Assembly: GCA_046484135.1 (NCBI GenBank)
Contig: JAWOBU010000160.1
Location: forward strand, 1 to 45,330
Reading direction: 5' to 3'
DNA: 45,330 bases
From: a bacterium
Lineage (GTDB): Bacteria; RBG-13-61-14; DATKZS01
In this document: positions 1 to 8,813 of the stretch, one piece after another
Numbering within the stretch: the stretch's first letter is position 1
Layout: each line of letters starts with the position of its first letter
Notes under the pieces: model-generated
The model's database searches: none
What the model was told of the DNA's origin: nothing
What the model saw: the letters and a program-made list of their open reading frames with translations, nothing else
Position numbers and translations under genes: made by a program

Positions 1-185
1 ATCTTGTCGGCCACCCCTTCGCAAAGCACGAGCTTGCCCCGGCTGTTCCTTTCGAAATAGGGCAGGGTGTCCAGCTCCTGCAAGTCTTTCAGCACCATCT
101 CGTAAGCGTGCGCAGGCAAAGACGCTGAGAGAAAAGCGCCCCCGGCCCCGGCAAAACTAAACCCCAACCAATCACGACGATTCAT
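1..185 (-). CDS. Tat-exported protein, 5' part only (runs off the window edge)
   Basis: Not in the ORF track. Manual translation from ATG 185: MNRRDWLGFSFAGAGGAFLSASLPAHA-YEMVLKDLQELDTLPYFERNSRGKLVLCEGVADK. Twin-arginine motif, hydrophobic stretch, AHA cleavage site; GGGAGGT RBS at 197-191. Confidence 0.8.
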   Translation of the reverse strand, partial: MNRRDWLGFSFAGAGGAFLSASLPAHAYEMVLKDLQELDTLPYFERNSRGKLVLCEGVADK

Positions 186-313
186 AACAAACCTCCCTTT
201 TCAGCGGTTTCATTAAGTGAACCGCATCTTAGCCGGCCAACCCGACCGATAAAGCATTATAGCCGCATCTGCCGACAGGATAAAATCCAGGCCCGTCTTA
301 CCCCTGCGCCTGT

Positions 314-344
314 TTGACTTAAAGGGGCTTTGCGTGATTATATT
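314..344 (+). promoter_or_regulatory. Candidate sigma70 promoter for the AIM24 cluster
   Basis: TTGACT at 314-319 and AT-rich TGATTATATT at 335-344; spacing 18-19 nt is suboptimal. AGGAGG RBS precedes ATG 381. Confidence 0.35.
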
Positions 345-380
345 TACTTGTTCCACTTTGCTTAGGAGGTCCTTTTTAAG

Positions 381-1061
381 ATGAAGTTCGGAGTAAAGTA
401 CCGGCCTTCCTACTCGCTTCTGGGCGTGAGCCTGTCAGGCGGTGAGGAGGTCCTGGTCGAGGCCGGGAGCATGGTAAGCATGTCCGCGGACATGAACGTA
501 TCCACCAGGCTCTCCGCCACCGGCGGCTTCTTCCGCGGGCTTTTGACTGCCTTGGGCCGGAAGTTCCTGGGAGGGGAGACGACTTTCATCAACATCTTTC
601 GAGCGGGCGACAACGGCGGCCAGATACTTATCGCGCCCTCCATGAACGGCGACATCATCCACTTTCCGCTCCAGGGCAGGCGGCTCCTGGTCCAGGCGTC
701 CAGCTTTTTGGCCTCTTCCCCCGACATCAGGGTCAAGCTCCGGTTCGGAGGCTTACGTACGCTTTTGGGCGGCGAAGGCCTGTTCCTGCTTGCCGCGGAA
801 GGGAAAGGAGACCTTTTCTTGAACTCTTACGGCGCCATCAAGGAGATGGACCTAAACGGCGGTTTTATCGTTGACACCGGCCACATAGTGGCCTTCGAGG
901 AGTCGCTCGATTTCAACGTGAAAAGGGTAGGGTCGTGGAAGTCCACGTTCTTCTCGGGCGAGGGCCTGGTCACCGAGTTCAGCGGACAAGGCAAGCTTTA
1001 CCTTCAAACGCGGAACCCGGGCGCCCTGGTTTCCTGGCTCCGGCCCATGCTGCCGTCTTGA
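381..1061 (+). CDS. TIGR00266/AIM24 family protein, copy 1
   Basis: Family-type motifs EAGSMVSMS, GGETTFIN, GGEGLF, VDTGHIVAF, SGEGLV...G.GKLYLQTR; AGGAGG RBS. Confidence 0.9.
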   Translation: MKFGVKYRPSYSLLGVSLSGGEEVLVEAGSMVSMSADMNVSTRLSATGGFFRGLLTALGRKFLGGETTFINIFRAGDNGGQILIAPSMNGDIIHFPLQGRRLLVQASSFLASSPDIRVKLRFGGLRTLLGGEGLFLLAAEGKGDLFLNSYGAIKEMDLNGGFIVDTGHIVAFEESLDFNVKRVGSWKSTFFSGEGLVTEFSGQGKLYLQTRNPGALVSWLRPMLPS

Positions 1062-1072
1062 GGAGGTCCCGG

Positions 1073-1756
1073 ATGAAGTTCGATATCTCGTACAGTCCCA
1101 GCTTTGCCATGGCCACCGCCCGACTGGAGTCGGACGAATCAGTGGTGGCCGAGTCCGGCGCCATGGTCAGCATGAGCGATAATATCAGTATCCAGACCTC
1201 TTCCCGGCAGGGCAGAAGCGGCGGTGTTTTCAAGGCCCTGAAAAGAGCGGCGCTGGCAGGCGAGTCGTTTTTCCTGAACACCTACACCGCGGCGGGCGGA
1301 CCGGGTGAAGTGACCTTTGCTCCCGCCCTTCCCGGCGACATCACCACCATCCCCATGACCGGCGGATCGGTCATAGTGCAGTCCACCTCGTTTCTGGCCG
1401 GCAGCGCGGGCGTCAACATAGACAGCAAGTGGGGAGGCTTCAAGACCTTTTTCGGCGGGGAAGGATTTTTCATGATCAAGGCCACAGGCCAGGGAGAGAT
1501 GGCCGTGAACAGCTTCGGGGCCATTCACGAGCTCGAGCTCAACGGGCCCTACGTGGTGGACACCGGCCACATCGTGGCCTTCCAGGAAACCCTGGGCTTC
1601 AAGGTGCAAAGAGTGGGATCATGGAAGTCCACCTTTTTCTCCGGCGAAGGGCTGGTGTGCCTGTTCGACGGGCAGGGCAAGCTGTGGATACAAAGCCGGA
1701 ACCCGGGCGCGTTCGGAAAAGCCATCGGCTCGAAGCTGCCGCCGCGGGAGTCTTAA
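1073..1756 (+). CDS. TIGR00266/AIM24 family protein, copy 2
   Basis: Start moved from 935 to ATG 1073 (MKFDISYSPSF), which follows GAGGAGG at 1060-1066. Motifs ESGAMVSMS, GESFFLN, GGEGFF, VDTGHIVAF, SGEGLV. Confidence 0.9.
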   Translation: MKFDISYSPSFAMATARLESDESVVAESGAMVSMSDNISIQTSSRQGRSGGVFKALKRAALAGESFFLNTYTAAGGPGEVTFAPALPGDITTIPMTGGSVIVQSTSFLAGSAGVNIDSKWGGFKTFFGGEGFFMIKATGQGEMAVNSFGAIHELELNGPYVVDTGHIVAFQETLGFKVQRVGSWKSTFFSGEGLVCLFDGQGKLWIQSRNPGAFGKAIGSKLPPRES

Positions 1757-1781
1757 TATAAGCTGAACAGGAGTCTGAAAG

Positions 1782-2456
1782 ATGGAGATACGCCTGGTTA
1801 ACCAGCCTGACTACGCCATGGCCGAGGTCGAGCTTTCGGCCGAGGAAGAGATAGTGGTGGAGTCCGGGTCCATGGCGGCCATGAGCACCAACATCGAGGT
1901 CGAGACCGAGGCCAGGGGCGGGGTATGGTCTTCGGTCAAAAGGATGGCCGGCGGCGAGAGCTTTTTTATCAACACCTACACCGCGCAGGGCGCGCCCGGC
2001 AGCATTTACCTGGCGCCGGGGCATCCGGGGGACATGCGCCACCTTCAGCTTGCGGGAGACGAGCTCATGATCCAGTCGGGCTCGTTCATTGCGAGCTCGC
2101 CGGGGGTCGAGCTTGACACCAGTTGGGGCGGGGCCAAGACCTTTTTCGGCGGCGAGGGACTTTTCATGTTGAAGGCCTCTGGTACGGGCGACGTTTTGTT
2201 CGGCGCTTTCGGCGCGGTGCACGAGGTTGACGTTAACGGCAACTATACGGTGGACACCGGTCATATCGTTGCTTTTGACTCTTCTTTAAGCTTTAACGTG
2301 CGGAAGGTGGGCGGGCTCAAGTCTCTTTTTCTTTCGGGGGAAGGATTGGTCTGCGACTTTTCCGGCCAGGGCAAGCTGTACCTTCAGACGCGCAAGCCCG
2401 CAAGCTTTGTCTCGTGGATACACCAGTTCCGGCCGGTTAAGAAGTCCAACGACTGA
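1782..2456 (+). CDS. TIGR00266/AIM24 family protein, copy 3
   Basis: Motifs ESGSMAAMS, GGESFFIN, GGEGLF, VDTGHIVAF, SGEGLV...QGKLYLQTR; AGGAG RBS. Confidence 0.9.
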   Translation: MEIRLVNQPDYAMAEVELSAEEEIVVESGSMAAMSTNIEVETEARGGVWSSVKRMAGGESFFINTYTAQGAPGSIYLAPGHPGDMRHLQLAGDELMIQSGSFIASSPGVELDTSWGGAKTFFGGEGLFMLKASGTGDVLFGAFGAVHEVDVNGNYTVDTGHIVAFDSSLSFNVRKVGGLKSLFLSGEGLVCDFSGQGKLYLQTRKPASFVSWIHQFRPVKKSND

Positions 2457-2561
2457 CCGAGGGCCGGCCCGCGATTGTCTTTGCGTTTATGATCTTTCCC
2501 GGTTGTTTTTTACGAGTGCTGTATTATTTTAGGTGGTAACTTTCTTTTTGGAGGACTTGAC

Positions 2562-3269
2562 ATGTATCCCGGTCATGCCTGGGAAGGCGAAGAGTTCGGG
2601 CCCATCGAGTACGAATGGTACATGGCCCGGCACTATGTTTTCAACGTCGAGTTCGACGTGTCCATGAAGCCTTTTATAGACTTCTGCAAGGCGAACGGAC
2701 ACCGGACCCACGAGCTCATGATGAAGGTCACCACACGGCTGTCCGCCAACCATCTTCCCCAGCGGACCATCTCCCTGAACTGGAAGTCATATCCGGCCCG
2801 CTATCCGGCCGGCTACATACGGGCCAGCCGGCCGGGAACGGACATGCTCGAGCACATCGGGGTCCGGGAGAAGGACGGCCAGTTCCTGGAGCGGGACATC
2901 CGTGCCCAGATGCAGCCTTTTGCCAGGAACCTGGCCATCAAGCATCCCAAGCTGGCGGTGTGGCTCGCCAAGCACGTCTTTCCCCGACAGGAGGTCAAGC
3001 ACAACTACGCTCTCATGGTGACCCGGAACCCGTTAAAGAGTCTCAACACCCGCGTGGTCTTTCACGGCACCCACTACCGGACCTTTCTGCTCCTCGTGCC
3101 TTTCGGCGCGGAAACCACCTGCACCTTCGGAGCGCCCCACGCCTTCGGCAACATCAACTACTACGAGCCGTTTCTCAAGAACTTCAAAACATACATGGAA
3201 GACCCCGAACAGATCCCCTCCGATCTCTTGCAAAAGCCTTACAAAATGGTCCCGCAACAGAGCGCTTAA
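2562..3269 (+). CDS. Hypothetical protein, putative divergent CAT/E2 CoA-dependent acyltransferase fold, copy 1 (His retained)
   Basis: GGAGGA RBS. N-terminus EYEWY..FNVEFDVSMKPFIDFCK resembles the CAT N-terminus. C-terminus PHAFGN..EPFLKNFKTYMEDPEQI resembles the E2/CAT HxxxDG..RFL..LK..LEDP segment. CDS is confident, fold is inferred. Confidence 0.65.
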   Translation: MYPGHAWEGEEFGPIEYEWYMARHYVFNVEFDVSMKPFIDFCKANGHRTHELMMKVTTRLSANHLPQRTISLNWKSYPARYPAGYIRASRPGTDMLEHIGVREKDGQFLERDIRAQMQPFARNLAIKHPKLAVWLAKHVFPRQEVKHNYALMVTRNPLKSLNTRVVFHGTHYRTFLLLVPFGAETTCTFGAPHAFGNINYYEPFLKNFKTYMEDPEQIPSDLLQKPYKMVPQQSA

Positions 3270-3297
3270 GACGGGACTGTTCTCCTTCGGAGCCATG

Positions 3298-4002
3298 ATG
3301 TATCCCGACCATCCCTGGCAAGACCATGAGCTGGGAAGGTTCTACTACGAGATGTACCTGTCCCTCCTCGTCTGCTTTAACGTGAAGTTCGTCGTACACA
3401 TGCAGCCTTTTATTGACTTTTGCGCCGAGCGCGGCATGAAGACCAACCAGACCTTCATGAAGGTCGTAACCAGGCTTTCTGCAGAGCATCTTCCGCAGAG
3501 GATCGTGTCCTTGAAACGCAAGGTCTACCCCGCCCGCTATCCCGCGGGTTATGTAAGGCCGCTCCGCGACACCGGCGACATGCTCGAACACGTGTCAGTA
3601 CGGGAGAAGCCCGGCGGGTTCTCCGAGCGGGCCATCCGGGCCAACATGCAGGAGCTTCCCAGGAAGGTTGCAGCGCGCCGGCCTCGGCTTTCCATGAAAA
3701 TCGCCCGGGTCATGTTCTCGTCCCTCGAGGTCAAGGACCATTACGCTCTCCTGGTCTCGCGCAATCCTTTAAAAAACCTGGACGGCGACTACTGCTTCCA
3801 CTCGACCCACCACCGGACCTGCACCCTGAACGTGCCTTACGGCGAGTACTCCAAGGTCAGCTTCGGAGGGCCGCTCGCATTCGGCACGCCCGCGCACTTC
3901 GAGCCCTTCCTGCTAAAACTGAAAACCTGCATGGAAGACCCTAATAAAATCCCGGAGGACGTAATCCAAAAGCCTTATAAACAAGCGCCGCCCGGCAGGT
4001 GA
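3298..4002 (+). CDS. Hypothetical protein, paralog of 2562-3269, putative CAT/E2 fold with the His replaced by Leu
   Basis: Colinear paralog sharing MYP.H.W, PFIDFC, YPARYPAGY, DMLEH..VREK, RNPLK.L and EPFL...KT.MEDP. ATG at 3295 or 3298; GGAG RBS. Confidence 0.65.
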   Translation: MYPDHPWQDHELGRFYYEMYLSLLVCFNVKFVVHMQPFIDFCAERGMKTNQTFMKVVTRLSAEHLPQRIVSLKRKVYPARYPAGYVRPLRDTGDMLEHVSVREKPGGFSERAIRANMQELPRKVAARRPRLSMKIARVMFSSLEVKDHYALLVSRNPLKNLDGDYCFHSTHHRTCTLNVPYGEYSKVSFGGPLAFGTPAHFEPFLLKLKTCMEDPNKIPEDVIQKPYKQAPPGR

Positions 4003-4007
4003 AAAAC

Positions 4008-4751
4008 ATGACCAATAAAAATAAAGACAAGACGGTCTGGATTTACGGGGTCCACTCGGTCGCGGCAGTGCTTAAAAGCCGGCCGGACGAGGTTTCCGCC
4101 ATGATGATTGCAGAGGGGGTACGCGGCTCCCGTGATCAGCATATCGCGCAGGCGGAAAACAGCGGGATCAAGATCAGGCGGGTCCCGCCGGCCGATTTGA
4201 CCGAGTGTTGCGGATCGGACGCCCACCAGGGTATAGCTGTATTGACCATGCTTCCGGAGTACGTTTTTCTCGAGGACGTGCTTGCAAAGGAACCGTCCGT
4301 CCTGGTGGCCCTGGACGGCATAACCGATCCCCAGAACCTGGGCGCCATCGCCCGGAGCGCGGAAGCCCTGGGAGCCGGAGCCTTGGTCATTCCCCGCGAC
4401 CGCTCCGCCGGCATAACACCCGCGGCCCACAAGGTAAGCGAAGGAGCCTTGGAATGGCTGCCGGTCTGCCGGGAGACCAACCTTGCCCGGTCCCTTGAAG
4501 CTTCAAAGAACAAAGGCTACTGGGTCTATGCCGCGGACCAGGATGCTGAAACCGACCTCGGAAAAACGGATTGGGAAAACAAGACGGTTATAGTAATAGG
4601 CTCGGAGGGAAAAGGTATAAGGCCGGGAGTACTGAAGCGGGCCGACTTCCGGCTCTCCATCCGGACTCCGGGCAAAACCGAAAGCTTGAACGCGGCCCAT
4701 GCCGCCGCCATCATGATCTGGCATGCCCTCTCGAAAACCGGTACAGGTTAA
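4008..4751 (+). CDS. rlmB: 23S rRNA G2251 2'-O-methyltransferase RlmB (TrmH/SpoU family)
   Basis: IYGVHSV N-terminal domain, HQGIA, LDGITDPQNLGAIARSA, GSEGKGIR, ESLNAA SPOUT motifs. Alternative GTG start at 3999. Confidence 0.85.
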   Translation: MTNKNKDKTVWIYGVHSVAAVLKSRPDEVSAMMIAEGVRGSRDQHIAQAENSGIKIRRVPPADLTECCGSDAHQGIAVLTMLPEYVFLEDVLAKEPSVLVALDGITDPQNLGAIARSAEALGAGALVIPRDRSAGITPAAHKVSEGALEWLPVCRETNLARSLEASKNKGYWVYAADQDAETDLGKTDWENKTVIVIGSEGKGIRPGVLKRADFRLSIRTPGKTESLNAAHAAAIMIWHALSKTGTG

Positions 4752-4944
4752 TGGTGTCTAATCACAAAGCGCGTGCTCGAAATAAACCAGGTCGGCTTGT
4801 TGGTTTGTGGGTTCCTGGTATTGACATTTTCCATTCCCGGTGGTATGGATAATATACTTACGGCCCGGTTTGGGGGGAAGAGAAGAATCCAGCCGAGGCA
4901 AAGCCATATAATCAGCACGGAAAGAATTGGCAAGGAAGGCAGCT

Positions 4945-5493
4945 ATGAGCAAGGTAAAAGGCACGGTACTGGTTGATTTTGTAAAGACCATCCGCAGCGA
5001 CAAGACGGGCGTATACGAGCCGTATCTCACGGAGGGAGACAGGGAGGTCATCTCCTCCCGCATCCTTCCCAGCGGCTGGTATCCCTTCGAGACCTTCAAG
5101 AACTGTTTTCAGGCGGTCGCGGAGGTGCTGGCCGGCAACGACATGGAGAAGGTCCGCCAGTGGGGCCGTCTTTACGGCGAGAACATCCTCACCAGCGTTT
5201 ACAAGGCCATGATCAAACAGGGACAGCCCATGGAGAGCCTGGAGAAGTACGGGACCTATATCCGGAGTTTTTTCGATTTCGGCGACATCGAGGTCGAAAG
5301 GGTCTCGGACCGGAAGGCCACGGTAATTATAACCGGTTTCGGCGACGACTTTCCTTCTCTGTATTATATAATGGCCGGCTGGATCGAACGTTCCCTGGAA
5401 CTGAGCGGGGCCAGGGATATCAAGAGCGGGTTCGACTCCAAGGCTTGGGAGGGAGCGCCCGAGACCAGGATACGCCTGGAATGGACCATGTGA
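4945..5493 (+). CDS. DUF2378-like / V4R-like hypothetical protein
   Basis: MSKVKG start after AAGGAAGG RBS; ILPSGWYP, FFDFG, GWIERSLELSGA pattern typical of deltaproteobacterial DUF2378-like proteins. Confidence 0.6.
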   Translation: MSKVKGTVLVDFVKTIRSDKTGVYEPYLTEGDREVISSRILPSGWYPFETFKNCFQAVAEVLAGNDMEKVRQWGRLYGENILTSVYKAMIKQGQPMESLEKYGTYIRSFFDFGDIEVERVSDRKATVIITGFGDDFPSLYYIMAGWIERSLELSGARDIKSGFDSKAWEGAPETRIRLEWTM

Positions 5494-5525
5494 TACCTTT
5501 TCCCCGGGAGGCGCTTCTGTAACTG

Positions 5526-8120
5526 TCAATCCGGCTCTTCAAACGGACCGCCTTTTTCAAACACCCCGGAAAAGCCGTGCACGTCCGTCCGTAAAACCTC
5601 TGTCCCTCGTTCATGAAACCTCTCCAGAACTTCCGGCGAAGGAAGGCCCGTCCGGGAAGGACCGGCGGCCGACACCAGGGCATAGGCCGGAGAAACCGCG
5701 TCAATGAAAATTTCTTGCGAGCTTGTCTTGCTGCCGTGATGAGGAATGGACATAACCTCCGAAGCCAGCATCCCCGCCTTGACCGAACCTTCCGGGCCGT
5801 ACTTCTCAACAAGTAGCTTTTCAACCTCTTTCTCGATGTCGCCGGTAAGAAGAAGCGCGAACTTCCCCAGCTCAACCCGAAGCACGAGACTGGAGTTGTT
5901 AAGGTTCTCCGGCGCATAGTCCGCCTGTGGAGGAGGGTGGAGGACTTCGATCCCTGCCGAGCCGAACTCGAACCGGCGGGAAGACTCGGTAAGCCGTCGT
6001 ATCCTGATGTCCCGGGAGGCCGCGATGTTGACAAGCGTTCGGGAGAGTTCACTGGAAGGGGGACCGAGCCAGAACTCGGAGACCTGGAAGTTCCGCAGTA
6101 TATAAGCCAGGCCCCTGCCGTGGTCCGGATGAGGATGGGAAAGAACCACCGCGTCTATCCTTTTCAAGCCAAGGAAAAGCAGGCACGGCGCAACCACGTT
6201 TTTCCCCACGTCCCAGTCGCTAAAGAAAAACCCGCCGCCGTCAACCAGCAGATATCGGCCGGAAGCGGTGCGGACCAGCAGGGCCTGCCCCTGTCCGACC
6301 TCGATGGCGGAGACCATGGCGCCGCGGCCGGCAAACGGGTCGCGCGTCCGATTGAGGTCATAAACTGAAAGTGCAAACAGGACAAGTCCGGCAAGAACAG
6401 CCGACCATGCCCGCCGCCAGCGGGCGTCCAGCACCGGCGCAGGCCAGGTGCCGAGCCGCCGGTGCCGAATTCTCTCCGGAGAGTAATAGCGCCATGACCA
6501 CGAGCCGCACCTAAGAGCAACCATCCCCTCCAGAAGAATTATTCCGCCCAGGTACCAACAGACCACTCCGGCGGGGGACAAGGAGGGAAGGATCAGGCTG
6601 GTTGATGCCGCCTGCGAAAGATACTCCAGGATGTCAACGAGCACCGTGCCCGAAGCCGCCGGCAATTGCAGGAGGACCTCTCCTCCCTCTGGAAAAACCA
6701 GACCCACCAAGGAAAAAAGAAGACCAAAAGGAATCACGACCAGCCCGCAAACCGGCACCGCTAAAAGGTTGTAGAAGGGACTTAAAAAATTGGCATGATG
6801 AAATAAATAAGCCTGTAAAGGAAAAATACTCCATAACGCCACCACCGAAACCCCGAAAAGGCCCAGGAGATAACCGCCCGCTTTCCGGAGCGGTAACCAC
6901 CGCTTTCCGCCCTCTTTTTCAAGACGCACAAGCATATCTTCCTGTGGAGTGCTTCGTCCCTTGTAAAGGGCCTCGAAGCGGGGCATGGCGTACAGGATGC
7001 CGAACAGGCAGGTAAAGCTCAATTGAAAAGAGACCTCGTAAAGCGCCTCGGGCCAGATGAAAAGAACCGCCAGGGCCGCCAGGGCAAGCGAGTTCCAGGT
7101 GTCTTTCTCCCGCTCCGTGGCCAAAGCGAACATAAGTACCAGTACCATCACCAGTGCCCGCTGGGTCGGAAGCCGCATGCCGGTCAGAAGGGCATAAGCG
7201 ATCACCGGCGGCGCGGTGAGAAATGCCGCGGCCCTGGGAGCGGGCAGCCGACGCGTTATAAAAGTCAACCTTTTAAAAAGCCGGTGGAAAAGGAAATAGA
7301 AAGTTGCCGCCAGAAGCCCGAGGTGGAGTCCCGAGATGGCAAGCAAATGGGAAAGGCCGTTCTCTTCAAAAACCGATTTCACCTCGGGGGGCAGAGACGA
7401 CCTGTCTCCCGCCAGCAGCGCGGCAAGAAGGGCCCCGCCTTTGCCCTCTATTTTATGAAGGTAAGTAAGGTATCGGGAGCGGGCTGAATCCACCAGTCCG
7501 AGCGGGTGCCGGTTCGGTCGGTCAATCTTGTGCAAAAGGCCGGGCGAGTCCACCCAGCCGGTAACCGCCACGCCTCGCCGGGCCAGCCAGGCTTCATAGT
7601 CGAAACCGCCGGGATTGTCGTATGTCCGGGGCATGTCAAGAGATGCCAGTGCCAGGAACCTGTCCCCCCGGTACGCGCCGGAAATGGAGCCGGCCACCGA
7701 AAGCCGCAGGGAAGAGTTAAAAGCCAGCCACCGCCCTTTATTCCTGATCCGCTTGACCGTGCCGTAAAGAACGGTGTAGCGGGTACGGACATCCGGCATC
7801 CGGTCCACCTCCAGCACCAGCCTGACCCGGCCGTCACCTGTATAAGGCAGAAGCTTCCGGCCCCGTTCATAAGCGGCCTGCGAGGACTCCTGCCGAGCAA
7901 ACCCCAGAACCAGGGCGCAACCGATGAGCAGAAACAGGAGAAGTCTGTTTCCGGAAAACAGGGCGCAAACGAGTCCGGCCGTTGCCACCGGCAGTATGTA
8001 AAGACTTGTCTCCGGCTTTAGGCCTGATGCCTTGGATATGAAAAAGCCAAGGACATAAGCGGTAAGCAGAATCCAGATCACTCTGGCCCTGAGCAGGGTC
8101 AATATGCGAGCGCGAGTCAC
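5526..8120 (-). CDS. comEC: DNA internalization competence protein ComEC/Rec2
   Basis: NPGGFDY, HLLAISGLH, SFQLSF, and C-terminal metallo-beta-lactamase motifs VGQGQA, SHPHPDH, TGDIE, PHHGSKTS. Start at GTG 8120 (GTGA overlap with upstream stop) or ATG 8147. Confidence 0.92.
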   Translation of the reverse strand: MTRARILTLLRARVIWILLTAYVLGFFISKASGLKPETSLYILPVATAGLVCALFSGNRLLLFLLIGCALVLGFARQESSQAAYERGRKLLPYTGDGRVRLVLEVDRMPDVRTRYTVLYGTVKRIRNKGRWLAFNSSLRLSVAGSISGAYRGDRFLALASLDMPRTYDNPGGFDYEAWLARRGVAVTGWVDSPGLLHKIDRPNRHPLGLVDSARSRYLTYLHKIEGKGGALLAALLAGDRSSLPPEVKSVFEENGLSHLLAISGLHLGLLAATFYFLFHRLFKRLTFITRRLPAPRAAAFLTAPPVIAYALLTGMRLPTQRALVMVLVLMFALATEREKDTWNSLALAALAVLFIWPEALYEVSFQLSFTCLFGILYAMPRFEALYKGRSTPQEDMLVRLEKEGGKRWLPLRKAGGYLLGLFGVSVVALWSIFPLQAYLFHHANFLSPFYNLLAVPVCGLVVIPFGLLFSLVGLVFPEGGEVLLQLPAASGTVLVDILEYLSQAASTSLILPSLSPAGVVCWYLGGIILLEGMVALRCGSWSWRYYSPERIRHRRLGTWPAPVLDARWRRAWSAVLAGLVLFALSVYDLNRTRDPFAGRGAMVSAIEVGQGQALLVRTASGRYLLVDGGGFFFSDWDVGKNVVAPCLLFLGLKRIDAVVLSHPHPDHGRGLAYILRNFQVSEFWLGPPSSELSRTLVNIAASRDIRIRRLTESSRRFEFGSAGIEVLHPPPQADYAPENLNNSSLVLRVELGKFALLLTGDIEKEVEKLLVEKYGPEGSVKAGMLASEVMSIPHHGSKTSSQEIFIDAVSPAYALVSAAGPSRTGLPSPEVLERFHERGTEVLRTDVHGFSGVFEKGGPFEEPD

Positions 8121-8791
8121 TTTCCCTGCCGGTGCCTCCGCTCGCATTCTTTTTTCACTGCCTTGGTCACCATCATGGCGGTGATCATGTTAACGCCCGT
8201 CATAAAGTCCGGCTGGGCTTCCATGAGCGAGCCGATTCCCCAGCCCAGCTCGGTGAGGTTCGAAAACAGGGTATAGAAGATCATGGTTTTATCATCCACA
8301 GGAACCAGGTCCCATCCTCCGTAAGTGCCTTGCAACTTTCCCTCCACATGATAAAAACGGATTCCGGTCTTCGGAGTCGCGTGCTGGGAAAGCTTATACG
8401 ATACGTTGATGCCGGGAAGACGCCAGATTTGGACGCTGATGTCCTGGCGCAAAAGATAGCGGTTGCCTTCCTGCTCCAGGATCACCTGCTTCTCCGTCTG
8501 AGGTATGAACTCCTCGTAGCTTTCATAGTCAATCAGGGTTGACCAGACAACGTCCAAAGGGACATCCACCACCTGGCCCGACGTGACGTTAATCAAGCTC
8601 ATGTCGTCCCGGGTCCGGACAATCATAAGTGAACCCTGCGATAAAAGTTTTTGCAGGGTGTCCTCGTTAAGCTCGGAAAACCCGTACTCCGCTTGGACAT
8701 CTTCCGGAGGCGGCGGAATCTCGCCGCTGCCCGCCAGGGGAAAGGCCAGAAGACTGATCAGTAAAGCTGTAATCATCTTAGTCGAGCTCAT
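8117..8791 (-). CDS. SRPBCC/START (polyketide cyclase-like) domain protein with signal peptide
   Basis: Start MSSTKMITALLISLLAFPLAG after GGGAGG RBS; VDVPLDVVWSTLIDYESYEEFIP and GTYGGWDL START-type motifs. Confidence 0.75.
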   Translation of the reverse strand: MSSTKMITALLISLLAFPLAGSGEIPPPPEDVQAEYGFSELNEDTLQKLLSQGSLMIVRTRDDMSLINVTSGQVVDVPLDVVWSTLIDYESYEEFIPQTEKQVILEQEGNRYLLRQDISVQIWRLPGINVSYKLSQHATPKTGIRFYHVEGKLQGTYGGWDLVPVDDKTMIFYTLFSNLTELGWGIGSLMEAQPDFMTGVNMITAMMVTKAVKKECERRHRQGK

Positions 8792-8813
8792 GCTTATCCT
8801 CCCTTTCGTGCTT

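Noticed and set aside
935..1072. N-terminal extension of AIM24 copy 2 overlapping copy 1
   Set aside because: A strong RBS and paralog alignment place the start at 1073.
2562..4002. Chloramphenicol resistance genes
   Set aside because: The HHxxxDG motif and the CAT substrate-pocket motifs are not conserved; only a fold-level resemblance is supportable.
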